Assembly: GCA_963780995.1 (NCBI GenBank) | Contig: CAWAEI010000013.1 | Coordinates: 7,550 to 71,549 of the forward strand | Origin: an uncultured delta proteobacterium | GTDB taxonomy: Bacteria > Desulfobacterota > Desulfobaccia > Desulfobaccales > Desulfobaccaceae | Direction: 5' to 3' | DNA: 64,000 bases | Shown here: piece by piece, positions 11,420-22,740 of the stretch | How the letters are laid out: each line of letters opens with the position of its first letter | Numbering within the stretch: position 1 is the stretch's first letter | Program-made: the position numbers and the translations under genes | The notes under the pieces: generated by a model | Told to the model about the DNA's origin: nothing | The model's input: only the letters and a program-made list of their open reading frames with translations | The model's database searches: none

Positions 11420-12702
11420 GAGGCTCTTTCTCCTGGCGGGCGTAATCCCGGGGTCCCTTTGATTTCCACTTTGGCGCCGGGAAAGAGCCGGAGTTGGCCG
11501 TCGGTGACCACCTGTTCCCCGGGTTTAAGGCCTGATTTGATCACGGCCAGGCCATTGGCGGTGCGGTCGAGCTGCACGGGCCGGGGGTCTGCAGTCTGGT
11601 CCGGCTTAATCACATAAACATAATTACCCTGCTGTCCCACCTGCAGGGCTTGGACAGGAATCACCAAGGCATCGGGCTGCTCGGTCAGAACCAGGCCGAC
11701 ATTGACAAATTGGCCCGGCCACAGCGTTCGATCCTGATTTTTGAAGATGGCTTTGAGTTGAATCGTGCCGGTGGCCTGATCCACTTTGTTGTCTACAAAG
11801 GCAAGCTCTCCCGCAGACCGGTATTGTTCTGCAGGTGGGATGGCCACTTCCACCCGGAGTTGCCGCTGAGCCATATATTTTTTGATTTCCGGCAGATTGT
11901 GTTCCGGCAAGGTAAAGGTCACATAGATGGGGACGATCTGCTTGATGACCACCAAAATCGCTTTCTCATCATTGGCTTTCACCAGATTGCCCTGATTGAT
12001 CAGGAGATCGCCGGTCTTGCCGTCGATGGGCGAACGGATGGCGGTATATTCCAGTTTCAGGCGGGCGTTTTCCACGGCGGCGGCGGCGGCCTTCACCGTG
12101 GCCTCCAGCGAAGCAGCCTTGGTGGCAAACTGCTCATACTCCCCGGTGCTCACCAGTTTCTGCTGGATCAGGGCCTCGTATCGCCGGGCGTCCTTCCTGG
12201 CGTTTTCCAGCAGGGCCTGGTCCCTGGCCAGATTCGCCCGGGCTTGCTGCAGAAGGGCTTCAAAAGGCCGGGGGTCGATGGTAAAGAGCCATTCGCCTTT
12301 CTTTACTTCCTGGCCTTCTCGAAAGTGAACTTTACTGACCTCGCCCTCCACCTGGGACTTTACCTGAACCGTGGAAAAGGCCTCCACATTGCCGATGGCC
12401 TTGAGCTCCAGTGGCATGGTTTTTTGCTCTACTGACGCTACTGACACCGGCGCCGTCGGGTGCGGCGGAGCCTCGGGCTTACCGCCACCACAACCGGCCG
12501 GAGAGCATAGTAAAGCTCCAACAGAGAGGATCAACCAGGTGTGAACTAGCAGACGACAGGATGGGGAAGGAGTGATTAACTCCTGATGGAGTTTCATATA
12601 ACGATGGTACAATTTCAGAAAAGATCTCGTCATCATCATGTTCCATATAGCATGTCTGCGAAGCTGAGGCAAATAACAAAAAGAGAGAAAATCCGGCCTC
12701 AA
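11416..12702 (-). CDS. RND membrane fusion protein, MdtA-like (start uncertain, probably downstream of 12702)
   Basis: IRSPIDGKTG, VDQATGT and LWPGQFV; overlaps the permease start. Confidence 0.9.
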   Translation of the reverse strand: MRPDFLSFCYLPQLRRHAIWNMMMTRSFLKLYHRYMKLHQELITPSPSCRLLVHTWLILSVGALLCSPAGCGGGKPEAPPHPTAPVSVASVEQKTMPLELKAIGNVEAFSTVQVKSQVEGEVSKVHFREGQEVKKGEWLFTIDPRPFEALLQQARANLARDQALLENARKDARRYEALIQQKLVSTGEYEQFATKAASLEATVKAAAAAVENARLKLEYTAIRSPIDGKTGDLLINQGNLVKANDEKAILVVIKQIVPIYVTFTLPEHNLPEIKKYMAQRQLRVEVAIPPAEQYRSAGELAFVDNKVDQATGTIQLKAIFKNQDRTLWPGQFVNVGLVLTEQPDALVIPVQALQVGQQGNYVYVIKPDQTADPRPVQLDRTANGLAVIKSGLKPGEQVVTDGQLRLFPGAKVEIKGTPGLRPPGERAS

Positions 12703-12783
12703 CTGCCCATCTCAAAACCAGCGCCTTTGCCATCCTCATCTGCGCCTGGAATCCCACAGAGGTGCGAGGCTAAGGGTGGATTG

Positions 12784-13674
12784 TTATAAGGAGTTCTTAA
12801 CCAGATCCCGGTAGTAATGCGCTTCCGTAGCCCGTAGTTGTGATAACCCCACCAAATTATTGAATTCTTCAAAGTGTAGCATCTGATCCAAAAGTCCGTC
12901 GAGGCTACCGGTGGTTTTGAGACTGGCAAAACTCTCTTGCACGGCTTTGGCAATAACATAGGTATTGACGGTAGGGAAGGCGACGGCGGCGAATCCCATA
13001 TCCTGAAGTTCCCGGGCGGGGAGCAAGGGGGTTTGGCCGCCGGGAATCAGGTTGGCCAACAACGGGGCTTTAATTTCAGCGGTTAGACGGCGCAACTGCT
13101 CCACGGTTTCCGGGGCCTCCACAAAGATTAAGTCGGCCCCTGTTTCCTGGTAGAGACAAGCACGGTCGATGGCCGCCGACACCCCTTGCAAAGCCAGGAC
13201 GTCGGTGCGGGCGGCGATCACCAGATCCGGATCCTGCCGGGCATCCAAGGCGGCTTTGAGCTTGGCGATCATGTCGTCGGCGGCGATAACCTGCTTCCCG
13301 GACATGTGGCCGCAGCGCTTGGGAAAAACCTGGTCCTCCAGGAGGATGGCTGCGGCTCCCGCCTTTTCTAAGAGCTTTACCGTCCGGATGACATTGGTGA
13401 CATTGCCGTGGCCGGTGTCGCCATCCACCAGCAGGGGAAGGCCGGAGGCGTCGGCAATCCGACCGGCATAGTCGGCCATTTCCGTGAGGGTCAATAACGA
13501 CACATCGGGTTGGCCCAGTAAGGTGGCGCTGCCGGCGTAACCACCCACGGCCAGGGCCTGAAAACCGGTTACGGCCGCGATTCTGGCGCACAAAGCGTCA
13601 TGCACCACCGGGAGCAGGAGAATGGCTTCGGCCCGGAGGTATTTTTTAAACAAAGTAGTCGTTTTCATGACCAC
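12784..13674 (-). CDS. Isocitrate lyase/PEP mutase family enzyme (methylisocitrate lyase-like)
   Basis: DGDTGHG, LEDQVFPKRCGH, ARTD and GADLIFVEA. Confidence 0.9.
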   Translation of the reverse strand: MVMKTTTLFKKYLRAEAILLLPVVHDALCARIAAVTGFQALAVGGYAGSATLLGQPDVSLLTLTEMADYAGRIADASGLPLLVDGDTGHGNVTNVIRTVKLLEKAGAAAILLEDQVFPKRCGHMSGKQVIAADDMIAKLKAALDARQDPDLVIAARTDVLALQGVSAAIDRACLYQETGADLIFVEAPETVEQLRRLTAEIKAPLLANLIPGGQTPLLPARELQDMGFAAVAFPTVNTYVIAKAVQESFASLKTTGSLDGLLDQMLHFEEFNNLVGLSQLRATEAHYYRDLVKNSL

Positions 13675-13715
13675 CTCTTGGGTATGGGTCTGATCTGCTG
13701 AGCAAATAAGCTCCT

Positions 13716-13747
13716 AAAAAGAAAAGGCGGCCGCAGGGGCCGCCTTA
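13716..13747 (-). terminator. Intrinsic terminator after the OMP gene
   Basis: Minus strand AAGGCGGCC-loop-GGCCGCCTT followed by TTCTTTTT. Confidence 0.7.
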
Positions 13748-13770
13748 ACTCGTTACAACTTCTAAGGTTC

Positions 13771-14589
13771 TTAGAAGTGATACGCCACGCCTAATTGTCC
13801 GGAAAACAGGTTGAAATCAGGCTTAGAATTCATGGTAACTGGGGTTGCCCCGATAAAACCACCATAGTTGTAGGACGGTGAAAAATAACGGTATTTAAAA
13901 GAGGCATCCACTGAAATGGCCTTGGTGATCATATAGCGGGCGCCCAACTCCGCGGCCAGACCCACGTTGGTGGAATCTTTAAACCCAGGTTGGATTCCAA
14001 ATACCGCTCCCCCGGGAGCATTGATATTGATGCTGGGCCTTTGGGAAGAGAAGAAAATCGCCGGGCCGACAGCAATATAAGGCTGTAAGCGACCGAAAGG
14101 CACTTCGCTATCCTGAAAGAAGCCATACCGACCGGCGAACATAAAGGCCCAGGTAGCGAGGCCGCCGTTGCCATCAAAACTCAAGGTGCCGTTAGCACCC
14201 GGGATATTCCAGGTACCTGTTTGATTGCCAAAGCTCAGCTTATGATAACTAATATCGGTGATAAAGCCGATATACTTCATCCAGTCTGAGTACCAGCTGG
14301 CGGCATAGGTCCCATAGGGAGTAAACCAGTAGCCGAATTTCATGCCTCCCTGGACATAAATATCGATGCCTCCCGGTAAATCGGTGTTAATGTTTAGACC
14401 TGGGGCGCTGACGGACCTCAAAATATCACTGCTGTTCATGCCTGCACCACCACCTGTGTAAATTTCCACAAAAAATGATGGTTCCGAGGCTACCTTTGAT
14501 GTTGGTGTCTTAGCTTGGGCCCAAGCCATGGCCGGGACCAGTACCAAGGCGGCAATTACCGCCAGCCAAATCATTTTCCCCTTTTTCAT
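13771..14589 (-). CDS. Outer membrane beta-barrel protein
   Basis: Signal peptide (AWA-QA), alternating aromatic strands, C-terminal GQLGVAYHF. Confidence 0.82.
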   Translation of the reverse strand: MKKGKMIWLAVIAALVLVPAMAWAQAKTPTSKVASEPSFFVEIYTGGGAGMNSSDILRSVSAPGLNINTDLPGGIDIYVQGGMKFGYWFTPYGTYAASWYSDWMKYIGFITDISYHKLSFGNQTGTWNIPGANGTLSFDGNGGLATWAFMFAGRYGFFQDSEVPFGRLQPYIAVGPAIFFSSQRPSININAPGGAVFGIQPGFKDSTNVGLAAELGARYMITKAISVDASFKYRYFSPSYNYGGFIGATPVTMNSKPDFNLFSGQLGVAYHF

Positions 14590-14828
14590 GTTTTCCCCCC
14601 TTAAATATTAATTATTATGAAATGAAAAATACTACTACTACGCAGGCTGTGTTTTCCCCCTTACACCTCCTCCCTTAAAGGCCATCCTTACCATAGTAGG
14701 CAAAGGATATGCGCCTGACATTTTCCATTACGGGCATTTTATGGCCAAAGTCAAGATGTTGTCAAGCAGAAAGTTATGACTGCATAAAAAAAACCTGCAT
14801 ATTCGCCGGATAACCTGATTTTATCCGG

Positions 14829-15698
14829 TTAGGGCCAAACGCTGAAGAGCGTCGCCACTCCCAGGACGAGGCCAACTAAACCGTTCATGGTGAAAAAAGC
14901 ATGGTTGAGACGGGTCAAATCCCGGGGTGAGAGCAGCGCGTGTTCCACCAGGAGCAGCAGGGCGGCCAGCCCCGCCGCCCCGAAATAAATCGGTCCCAAA
15001 CCACCCAGCCACCCCACCCCAATAAAACCCAGACCGGCCCCGGCATGCAACCAGGCGGCCAGGTGCATGGCTCGGACCCGCCCCAAGCGACGGGGGAGGG
15101 AATGTAAACCCACGCCCCGGTCAAAATCTTCATCTTGCAAGGCATAAAGGATATCAAAACCGGCGACCCACAGCAACACCGTCAAAGACAAAAACAGCGG
15201 CAGTCCTCGAATATCTCCCTGCACGGCGATCCAACCCGCCGCGGGGGCAATGGCCAGGCTGGCCCCCAGAACCAGGTGCGAGGCCCAGGTGAAGCGCTTG
15301 GTGTAGGAATAAAAGCACACTACCCCCAGGGCCAGGGGAGAAAGGACCAAGCTTAAACCGTTCAACTGGGAAGCCGCATAAAAGAAGAGCAAAGCACTGG
15401 CTCCGATAAAGACCTTGGTGGCCCCCCGGCTGATTAATCCCTGGGGCAGGGCCCGGTTGGCAGTCCGGGGATTGAGGGCGTCATAGCGCCAATCTACGAG
15501 CCGGTTAAAAGCCATGGCTGCACTCCGGGCCCCCACCATAGCCAGGAGGATAAAAAAAGCCTGGCGGGTCGTGGGCAATCCCCGGGCGGCCAGTAAAGCC
15601 CCCATAAAAGCAAAGGGCAGGGCAAAAATGGTATGCTCGATCTTGATCATCTCGAGCAGTATTTTGACCTGGGTGAAAAATCTCTGGTTTTCCTGCAA
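14829..15698 (-). CDS. ubiA: UbiA-family prenyltransferase (MqnP-like)
   Basis: [24 protein letters not shown] and YALQDEDFD; lies within the mqn cluster. Confidence 0.9.
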   Translation of the reverse strand: MQENQRFFTQVKILLEMIKIEHTIFALPFAFMGALLAARGLPTTRQAFFILLAMVGARSAAMAFNRLVDWRYDALNPRTANRALPQGLISRGATKVFIGASALLFFYAASQLNGLSLVLSPLALGVVCFYSYTKRFTWASHLVLGASLAIAPAAGWIAVQGDIRGLPLFLSLTVLLWVAGFDILYALQDEDFDRGVGLHSLPRRLGRVRAMHLAAWLHAGAGLGFIGVGWLGGLGPIYFGAAGLAALLLLVEHALLSPRDLTRLNHAFFTMNGLVGLVLGVATLFSVWP

Positions 15699-15768
15699 AA
15701 ATCGTATCCCTAAGCCGATTAGTGTATCGGCAGATCTTTCAGGCTGCTTGAAGTCTTTTATCTGTCGC

Positions 15769-17226
15769 TTAACGGGTTTTATCCAGCCCCAGCCGTTGCC
15801 AGATCAGATCCACTTTGCTTTTAACCCCGGCATCCATGTCGATAACCTCGGGCCAATCCCGATTGAAGCCCTCTTCCGGCCACTTCCGGGTGGCATCGAT
15901 ACCCATTTTGGAGCCATAGTGGGGCAGGGGGGAGGCGTGGTCCAGGGCGTCCACCGGCCCGTCCACAAACACCACGTCCCGGCGGGGATCAACATTGTTC
16001 CCCAACCGCCAGATAACGTGTCCCAGATCCTGGACATCTACTTCCTTATCGTAAATGACGATGATTTTTGTGAACATCATCTGACCCAGCCCCCAGAGGG
16101 CGTGCATGACCTTCCGGGCATGGCCCGGATAACGCTTGTCGATGGAGATGAAAGCCAGGTTGTGAAACACCCCTTCCACCGGCAGGTTCATGTCCACAAT
16201 TTCCGGCAAAGTTTTTTTAATAAGGGGCAGAAAGATGCGCTCCGTGGCCTTGGCCATGAAACAGTCTTCCATGGGCGGCCGGCCCACAATGGTGGCCGGG
16301 TAGATGGGCTCCCGTCGCCGGGTCAGGGTGGTGACATGAAAGACCGGATATTCGTCAGCCAGGGAGTAATAGCCGGTATGGTCCCCGAAGGGGCCTTCAA
16401 CCCGGCGCTCGCCCGGTTCGATGTAGCCCTCCAGGACAATTTGCGAGGCAGCCGGCACCTGGAGGGGCACCGACACGCACTGCACCAGTTCCACCGGCTC
16501 CTGGCGGAGAAAACCGGCAAAGAGCATTTCATCCAGGTCATCCGGTAAAGGCGCCGTGGCAGCATACGTCACGGCCGGGTCCGGCCCGATGGCCACCGCG
16601 GCCGGCAGCCGCTCGCCCCGCTGCTCCGCCACCCGGTAGTGGGCGGCGCCGCCCTTGTGCGTGTGCCAGTGCATGCCGGTGGTATTCCGGTCATAGACCT
16701 GGAGCCGGTACATACCCACATTACGCTTGCCGGTCTCCGGGTGGTGGGTGATCACCACCGGCAGGGTGATGAAAGGCCCGCCGTCCAGGGGCCAGCAGGT
16801 GAGCACCGGAATTTTGCTCAAATCCACCTCCTCACCCTGCAAAACTATTTCTTGACAGGGGGCCCGACTGACGGTCTTCGGAAAGATGTTGGCCAGCCGC
16901 CGGAGTTTGGGAATTAATTTCAGTTTTTTAAAGAGGGTATCCGGCGCTTCCGCTTCCAGAAAACTCAAAATTTCGGTAGCAATTTCTTCCAGATTATCGA
17001 CTTCCAGGGATAAGCACATGCGCTTCATGGAGCCGAAGGCGTTCATGAGCACCGGCATGTCGTATCCCGGCACGTTTTCAAACAGCAGGGCCGGGCCGCC
17101 CATTTTACTGACCCGGTCGGTGACCTCGGTAATTTCCAGATTAGGGCTCAACGGCTCGGTAAGGCGCTTTAATTCGCCCTGTTTTTCCAAAACCTGGATA
17201 AATTTTTGCAGGCTATCGTAGCCCAT
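15769..17226 (-). CDS. ubiD: Menaquinone biosynthesis UbiD-family decarboxylase (MqnL-like)
   Basis: [18 protein letters not shown] and KMGIDAT. Confidence 0.93.
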   Translation of the reverse strand: MGYDSLQKFIQVLEKQGELKRLTEPLSPNLEITEVTDRVSKMGGPALLFENVPGYDMPVLMNAFGSMKRMCLSLEVDNLEEIATEILSFLEAEAPDTLFKKLKLIPKLRRLANIFPKTVSRAPCQEIVLQGEEVDLSKIPVLTCWPLDGGPFITLPVVITHHPETGKRNVGMYRLQVYDRNTTGMHWHTHKGGAAHYRVAEQRGERLPAAVAIGPDPAVTYAATAPLPDDLDEMLFAGFLRQEPVELVQCVSVPLQVPAASQIVLEGYIEPGERRVEGPFGDHTGYYSLADEYPVFHVTTLTRRREPIYPATIVGRPPMEDCFMAKATERIFLPLIKKTLPEIVDMNLPVEGVFHNLAFISIDKRYPGHARKVMHALWGLGQMMFTKIIVIYDKEVDVQDLGHVIWRLGNNVDPRRDVVFVDGPVDALDHASPLPHYGSKMGIDATRKWPEEGFNRDWPEVIDMDAGVKSKVDLIWQRLGLDKTR

Positions 17227-17404
17227 AAGAAAGATCCTTGTTCAAAGTGATAAGTTCAAAGTAAAAAATCCAATAAGGCAGGCACTGTCCACTATAATTT
17301 CTGGTAGCCCCGACCTCCGGGTCGGTAAGAAAGGGTTTTTCATTTCGGGCCCAAATTGTCCTTGGGCGCGGGTAACTATCTGCCAAGCTCCTGCTTGGCC
17401 TCCT

Positions 17405-18226
17405 TTAAATAAACCGCAACTGCGGCAGCTCCTGGAATTCCCCAAATTTATACAGGTATTTGAAAAATGCCTCCAGCCCTTCCTGTTGGCCGGCGTCCAA
17501 GTTGTAATCCAGGCGCTGGAAATAGGCTGCCAGCTCCTCCAAGGGCATGGGCACCACCGCGGCCGCCTGACGACAGATCTCGGCCATGGAATTTAATCCC
17601 AGGGCCTTGGCAGCCAGCAAGGTCCGGTGGAGGTAATAGACTGTTGCCGTCTGTTTTTCGAAATAATCCCGGCGCGCCGCCCAGACGCCAAACACAAACG
17701 GCCGGCCGGTAAGTTCATGCCAGGCCCGGCCCAGATCCAGGAAATACGGGTAGCAGCCCCTGGTTTTGAGGCGCAGGGCCTCGTCGCCGATGGCCAGCAT
17801 GCCGTAACAGCCGTCGGTGAATTGGTCGGTGACCGGACCCACCCGGTACAGGGGCCTGGCGCCGTACAACTCCGCCAGGACGATTTTCACCAGCGCCGTC
17901 GAGGTGGCCGAGCCGGCGCTGAGCAGCACCTCTTTCCCGGACAGACGATGAAAGGGCAGGCGGCTGAAAAACAGGACGCTGCCCACATCCCCCCGGGTGG
18001 AAATGGAGAGCTGGGGCAACAACACATAATTGTCGCAGTGCCGGCCATATTCATAAGAAGAAATAGCGCTGACATCCAACCGGCCCTGACGCAACTGGCA
18101 ATTAAGTTCCGCCGGGGTCCCCGATACCATATGGAAACCATTCGCCACTAGAGCCTGGTCAATGGCGTAATAAATGGGCAAAACATTGATATAGCGAATC
18201 CGCCCTAACCGCGGTTTAGGCTCCAT
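17405..18226 (-). CDS. mqnA: Chorismate dehydratase
   Basis: GRIRYINVLP, LAIGDEAL and DLGRAWHELTGRPFVFGVW. Confidence 0.9.
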   Translation of the reverse strand: MEPKPRLGRIRYINVLPIYYAIDQALVANGFHMVSGTPAELNCQLRQGRLDVSAISSYEYGRHCDNYVLLPQLSISTRGDVGSVLFFSRLPFHRLSGKEVLLSAGSATSTALVKIVLAELYGARPLYRVGPVTDQFTDGCYGMLAIGDEALRLKTRGCYPYFLDLGRAWHELTGRPFVFGVWAARRDYFEKQTATVYYLHRTLLAAKALGLNSMAEICRQAAAVVPMPLEELAAYFQRLDYNLDAGQQEGLEAFFKYLYKFGEFQELPQLRFI

Positions 18227-19482
18227 CCGGGAACTCCTTACCTTGGGAGGTGAGCCAAAATATCCGACCTTGCACCCCGGAATCCACTAGCCCCGGCCAC
18301 AGCGGCGCCCCAGTCGGAATGGGCAAAAACAGGAGAGCGGCTTTTTTCCCGGGGGTGAGGCTGCCAAAATCTTGAGCGCGATTTAAGGCTGCCGCTCCGT
18401 GTATGGTCGCCATACTCAAGAGGTCAGACAGCTGCAGCTCGGGAAAGCGTTCCTGCAACACCTTGATTTCTTGAAAGAGGTTAAAGTCCTGATTGCTGGC
18501 CAGGGAATCGCTCCCCAGGGCCAGCCTGAGGCCAGCCTTGAGCAGAGCCGGGACATCCGGAAAACCAGCCCCGGTATGAAGATTGGAACGAGGACAGAGG
18601 GCCAGCCAAACACCCCGCCGGGCCAAGAGCTCCCGGTCCTGGGCGTCCAGCCACACTCCGTGCACCGCCAGGGTCTGCTCATCCCAGAACCCCAGCCGGT
18701 CCAGATAGACCGCCGGTGAACAGCCGGGAGCGGCAAAGCCTTCAAACCAGCGCCCCCGTCGGGTCAGCAGTTCCTGGAACGAGCCATTACCCTGCTGCAA
18801 AAAGTGAATCTCCTCCCAAGACTCCGCCAGGTGGACGCTGGTGACACGTCCCCGGCCGCGGTTCCAGGCCTTGATACGGCGAAACAGCGGCGCGGAGACA
18901 GAGTAGGGGGCATGGGCTGCAGCGCTCACCGACTGAGAGTCGAACGCCTCCTGAGCCAAAAAGGGAAAGTCATCAGGCAATGCGGTTTCGGCAAGCAGAT
19001 CAAACCCCAGGCATTCATAAAAATAATGGTATTCCAGGCCGCTATTTCCCAGAAGGGGTAAACTTCGACCGGTATTACTGACCTCAGCCGCCAAAATGGC
19101 GCCAAAGCGCCGCATTTCAGTAATGCCATGGCTGGATACCCTGATCAATCTCACCTGGTGTCAGGGCGCGATAACCGTCAATGGCCTCTTGCAGCCAAGC
19201 CGGCAGGCCTTCCTGGGGGGCGATGGCATGGCGCAATCCGCTGAACTCCAGATGCACGTGGGCGTTGACCAGAGCCGGAATAATAGCCCCCTCGCCGTGA
19301 TCATAATAAACGATCTCGTCGGCCCCCAAGCCGCTGGTCTGGTAGTTTTGCCGTATCGCCGCCGCCGGTCCCACCTCGACAATCCGGTCCCCAGCCACGG
19401 CGACAGCGCCGTCTGCCAGCACCGGGCCATCAACCGGGACTACCCACTTAGCCTGATGGATTATCAAAGGTCGGTTCGTCAT
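18216..19482 (-). CDS. Amidohydrolase, probable aminodeoxyfutalosine/nucleoside deaminase (frameshift near 19130)
   Basis: NAHVHLEFS, HAPYS, HLAES, VHG and GSDS metal motifs split across two ORFs. Confidence 0.82.
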
Positions 19483-19587
19483 CAGAAAATCATCATGCTC
19501 TAATTTTCATTGAAATCAAAAAATAAGCCGACACAGAATCCCCTGCCAAGTCTTTATAATCTCGAACCCGGAACTCGGAACTCTCCA

Positions 19588-20479
19588 TTAGGTGAACCAC
19601 TCGTGCCAGTCGGGACCAAGATCTCCCCGCTGACGGTAACGTTCCATAAGCCAGGGGCAGGGACATTGTCTGGACGTCTCGACCAGTTCCGGCAGGATTT
19701 TCAGAACGATTTCGGCAAAGGCAGCTTCCACCTCTTTGACCCGCTGGATTTCCTGGGGCGTGGCCAGACCTTCGAACAAAATCCCCGGCTGATAGGGGCG
19801 GTCTTTGACCCCTTCGGCATAATTGACCACGTAACAGACCGCGGCGTAGCACAGTTCCAGCTCCCGGGCCAAAAAGACCTCGGGCACCAGGGTCATGCCC
19901 ACCAGATCGCCGCCCAGAAGCTTATATTTACGGATTTCCGCCGGAGTTTCCAGACGGGGGCCGGTAGTGGCGGTGTAGACCCCGGCCGGAATGTACCGGG
20001 ATAGGCCCGCCCGCCAGGGTTTGGATCACGCTTTGCCGTAACTCCGGGCAAAAAACCGGATTCTGGCGGACAAACCCCGGGCCCCGGTTAGGAAAAAAAG
20101 TATAGGGCTGCTGGCGCCCTTCATCCAGAATATCATGGGGAATTACCAGATCTCCCGGCGCCATGGCCTCATTGATGGCTCCCGGGGCGCACCAGGCCAG
20201 GATCTTTTCCACCCCCAGGGCCTTCAAGGCATACAGGTTGGCCCGGTCGTTGACAAAAGGGGCGGAGACCTGGTATCCGGCCTCACCATGCCGGGACAGC
20301 ACCGCAAAGGGAATATCCCCTTGGGCAAACAGATGCACCGGATTGCTGCGGCCAAAGGGGGTATCGTAGCTCTCAGTGTGGTGCCCTGGCAGACCGAGGC
20401 CCAGAAAATCCTGATGCGCCCCGACCCGGGCGATGATAGCCAGCTTTGGTCTTGGCAGCAAAATCTTTTTGCCGGCCAT
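19588..20479 (-). CDS. MTAP/MTIP-type purine nucleoside phosphorylase family protein (frameshift near 19980)
   Basis: TPFG, SRHG, ANLYALKALG, GMTLVPE and CYVVNYAEG. Confidence 0.82.
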
Positions 20480-20489
20480 AAGACCTCCT

Positions 20490-21531
20490 TTAGAGCAGTC
20501 TATAGAGATGATCCCGTTGCCGGGCCTCGTAACCCGCGTCCTTGATCTGCCGGACAATCTCCTCCCGGCTCAGGCGGAAGCCCACCCCGGTGGCCGCCAC
20601 CACATTTTCTTCGATCATAGTGGAGCCGAAGTCGTTGGCCCCGAATTCCAAGGCAATCTGGGCGACCTTAGCCCCCTGGGTGACCCAGGAAACCTGCACA
20701 TTGGCAAAATTGTCCAGCACCAGCCGGGAGATGGCCAGGGTTTTGAGATAATCCACCACATCGGCGGTGACGCCCCCCAGGGCCGTGCCCCCGGGTTGGA
20801 AACTCCAGGGGATGAAAGCGGTGAATCCTCCGGTGCGGTCCTGCACTTCCCGGAGCCGCAGCAGGTGTTCCAGCCGCTCCGCCCTGGTTTCCACGTGGCC
20901 GAACATCATGGTGGCGGTGGTGCGTAGTCCTAAAGTGTGGGCTGTTTCCATAACCTCCAGCCATTGGTGCGTGGAGCATTTATGCGGGGCCAGGTCTGCC
21001 CGGACCCGATCCACCAGAATTTCGGCGCCGCCCCCGGGTATGGAGCCCAGGCCGGCCGCGCTCGAGACGCCGGATAACGTCGGCAATGGTCAGGTGGAAC
21101 GTTTGGGCAAAAAAAACGATCTCCGGAGGGGAAAAGCCATGCACCTGCAATCCGGCGCGCCGGATGAACCGGACCAGTTCTTCGTAATAGGGAAAGGGCA
21201 GGTCAGGGTTGAGGCCGCCCTGCAACAGAATGCCGGTCCCCCCCAGAGCCAGGGTCTCTTCCAGCTTCCGGGCCAGTTCCTCCCAGGACAGCACGTAGCC
21301 CTCGGCGTGTCCGGGTGGCCGGAAAAAAGCGCAGAAGCGGCAGCCCGAAAGGCAGATATTCGTGTAGTTGACATTCCGGTCCACCACATAGGTCACCCGC
21401 GCTTCGGGATGCCGCCGGCGCCGGGCAAAATTCGCCCAGCGCCCCAAAGTCAGGATATCCAGGTCCCATAACCCCATGGCTTCATCAGGGGTCAGCCTGG
21501 CCCCGGAGATAATTTTTCCTTCTAACGACAT
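20490..21531 (-). CDS. mqnC: Cyclic dehypoxanthinyl futalosine synthase, radical SAM (frameshift near 21060)
   Basis: TYVVDRNVNYTNICLSGCRFCAF, LLQGG, SIPGGGAE and GANDFGSTMIEENV. Confidence 0.9.
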
Positions 21532-21546
21532 AAAACTTTAGCATTT

Positions 21547-21590
21547 TCCCCTCTCCCCTTTGCGGGGAGAGGGTCAGGGTGAGGGGTGAA
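21547..21590. repeat. CCCTCTCCC/GGGAGAGGG REP-like hairpin
   Basis: Same core as in the MITE-like copies at 1396 and 33600. Confidence 0.7.
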
Positions 21591-21615
21591 CAGAATAAGG
21601 CAATAACTATCTGAC

Positions 21616-22713
21616 TTAATGGCTGATGACATTATACAGCGTGTCCCGTTCCACCGGCTCCCGGCCCGCCTCCCGGATCAGATGGTGCAGCTCCTGACGG
21701 GTGAGCCCCTGGGCCGTCTGCGCCCCGGCCATGTGGGTGATGCGCTCTTCGATGACGGTGCCGTCGATGTCGTCGGCCCCGAAGGCCAGGGCCAGTTGGG
21801 CAATTTTCGGTCCCACCATGATCCAGAAGGCCTTGATGTGGGGAAAGTTGTCTAACATCAGGCGGGACACCGCCAGATTTTTCAAGTCGTCAAAACCGGT
21901 GGTTTCCGGCAGCCCGGGCAACTCGGTGTTGGCGGAGTGAAAGGCCAGCGGGATGAAGGTTAGGAAGCCCCCGGTTTCATCCTGGGCGGCCCGCAGCTTC
22001 ATCAGGTGATCCACCCTTTCTTCCAGGGTTTCCTGATGGCCGTAAAGCATGGTGGCGTTGGTGTTCAGCCCTTGGCGATGCGCCATCTGACAGACTTCCA
22101 GCCAGCCCTCGGGGGAAAGCTTCTTGGCACATAAATTCTCGCGGATGCGGGGGCTGAAGACTTCGGCCCCGCCTCCCGGCAGCGAGCCCAGGCCGGCCTC
22201 CTGCAAAGCCGCCAGGGTTTCGGCCACGCCTAAACCGGCAATGCCGGCCAGGTGAAATATTTCCACCGCGGTGAAGGCCTGTAAATGGACTGTGGGCCGC
22301 AGAGCCTTGATGCCCCGCAACATCTCCAGGTAATAGGAGAATGGCAAATCGGGATGCAACCCCCCAACAATATGGATTTCGGTAATGGGGTCGGCCAAAC
22401 GTTCCCTTACTTTGTCGAAAATCTGCTCCAGACTCATCTCGTAGGCCAGCGGGTCGTCGGCCTTTTTCCCGAAGGCGCAGAATTTACAGCCATTGATGCA
22501 GATATTGGAATAATTGAGGTGCTGATTAATGATGTAATAGGCTTTATTGCCGTGCCGCCGCTCCCGGACAATATTGGCCAGATAACCCACGCTCAAGAGA
22601 TCGGCGCTGCGATACAGGGCCAGGCCATCCTCGAAAGCTAGACGCTCCTGGGCCAGCACCTTCTCATGGATGGGAATTAATTTCGGATCTTTAAAAAAAC
22701 CATTGCCGCCCAT
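21616..22713 (-). CDS. mqnE: Aminofutalosine synthase, radical SAM
   Basis: NYSNICINGCKFCAF, EIHIVGG, HIKAFWIM and GADDIDGTVIEERI. Confidence 0.92.
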   Translation of the reverse strand: MGGNGFFKDPKLIPIHEKVLAQERLAFEDGLALYRSADLLSVGYLANIVRERRHGNKAYYIINQHLNYSNICINGCKFCAFGKKADDPLAYEMSLEQIFDKVRERLADPITEIHIVGGLHPDLPFSYYLEMLRGIKALRPTVHLQAFTAVEIFHLAGIAGLGVAETLAALQEAGLGSLPGGGAEVFSPRIRENLCAKKLSPEGWLEVCQMAHRQGLNTNATMLYGHQETLEERVDHLMKLRAAQDETGGFLTFIPLAFHSANTELPGLPETTGFDDLKNLAVSRLMLDNFPHIKAFWIMVGPKIAQLALAFGADDIDGTVIEERITHMAGAQTAQGLTRQELHHLIREAGREPVERDTLYNVISH

Positions 22714-22740
22714 GCTAAATCCTCATTCAAAGTTCAAAGT

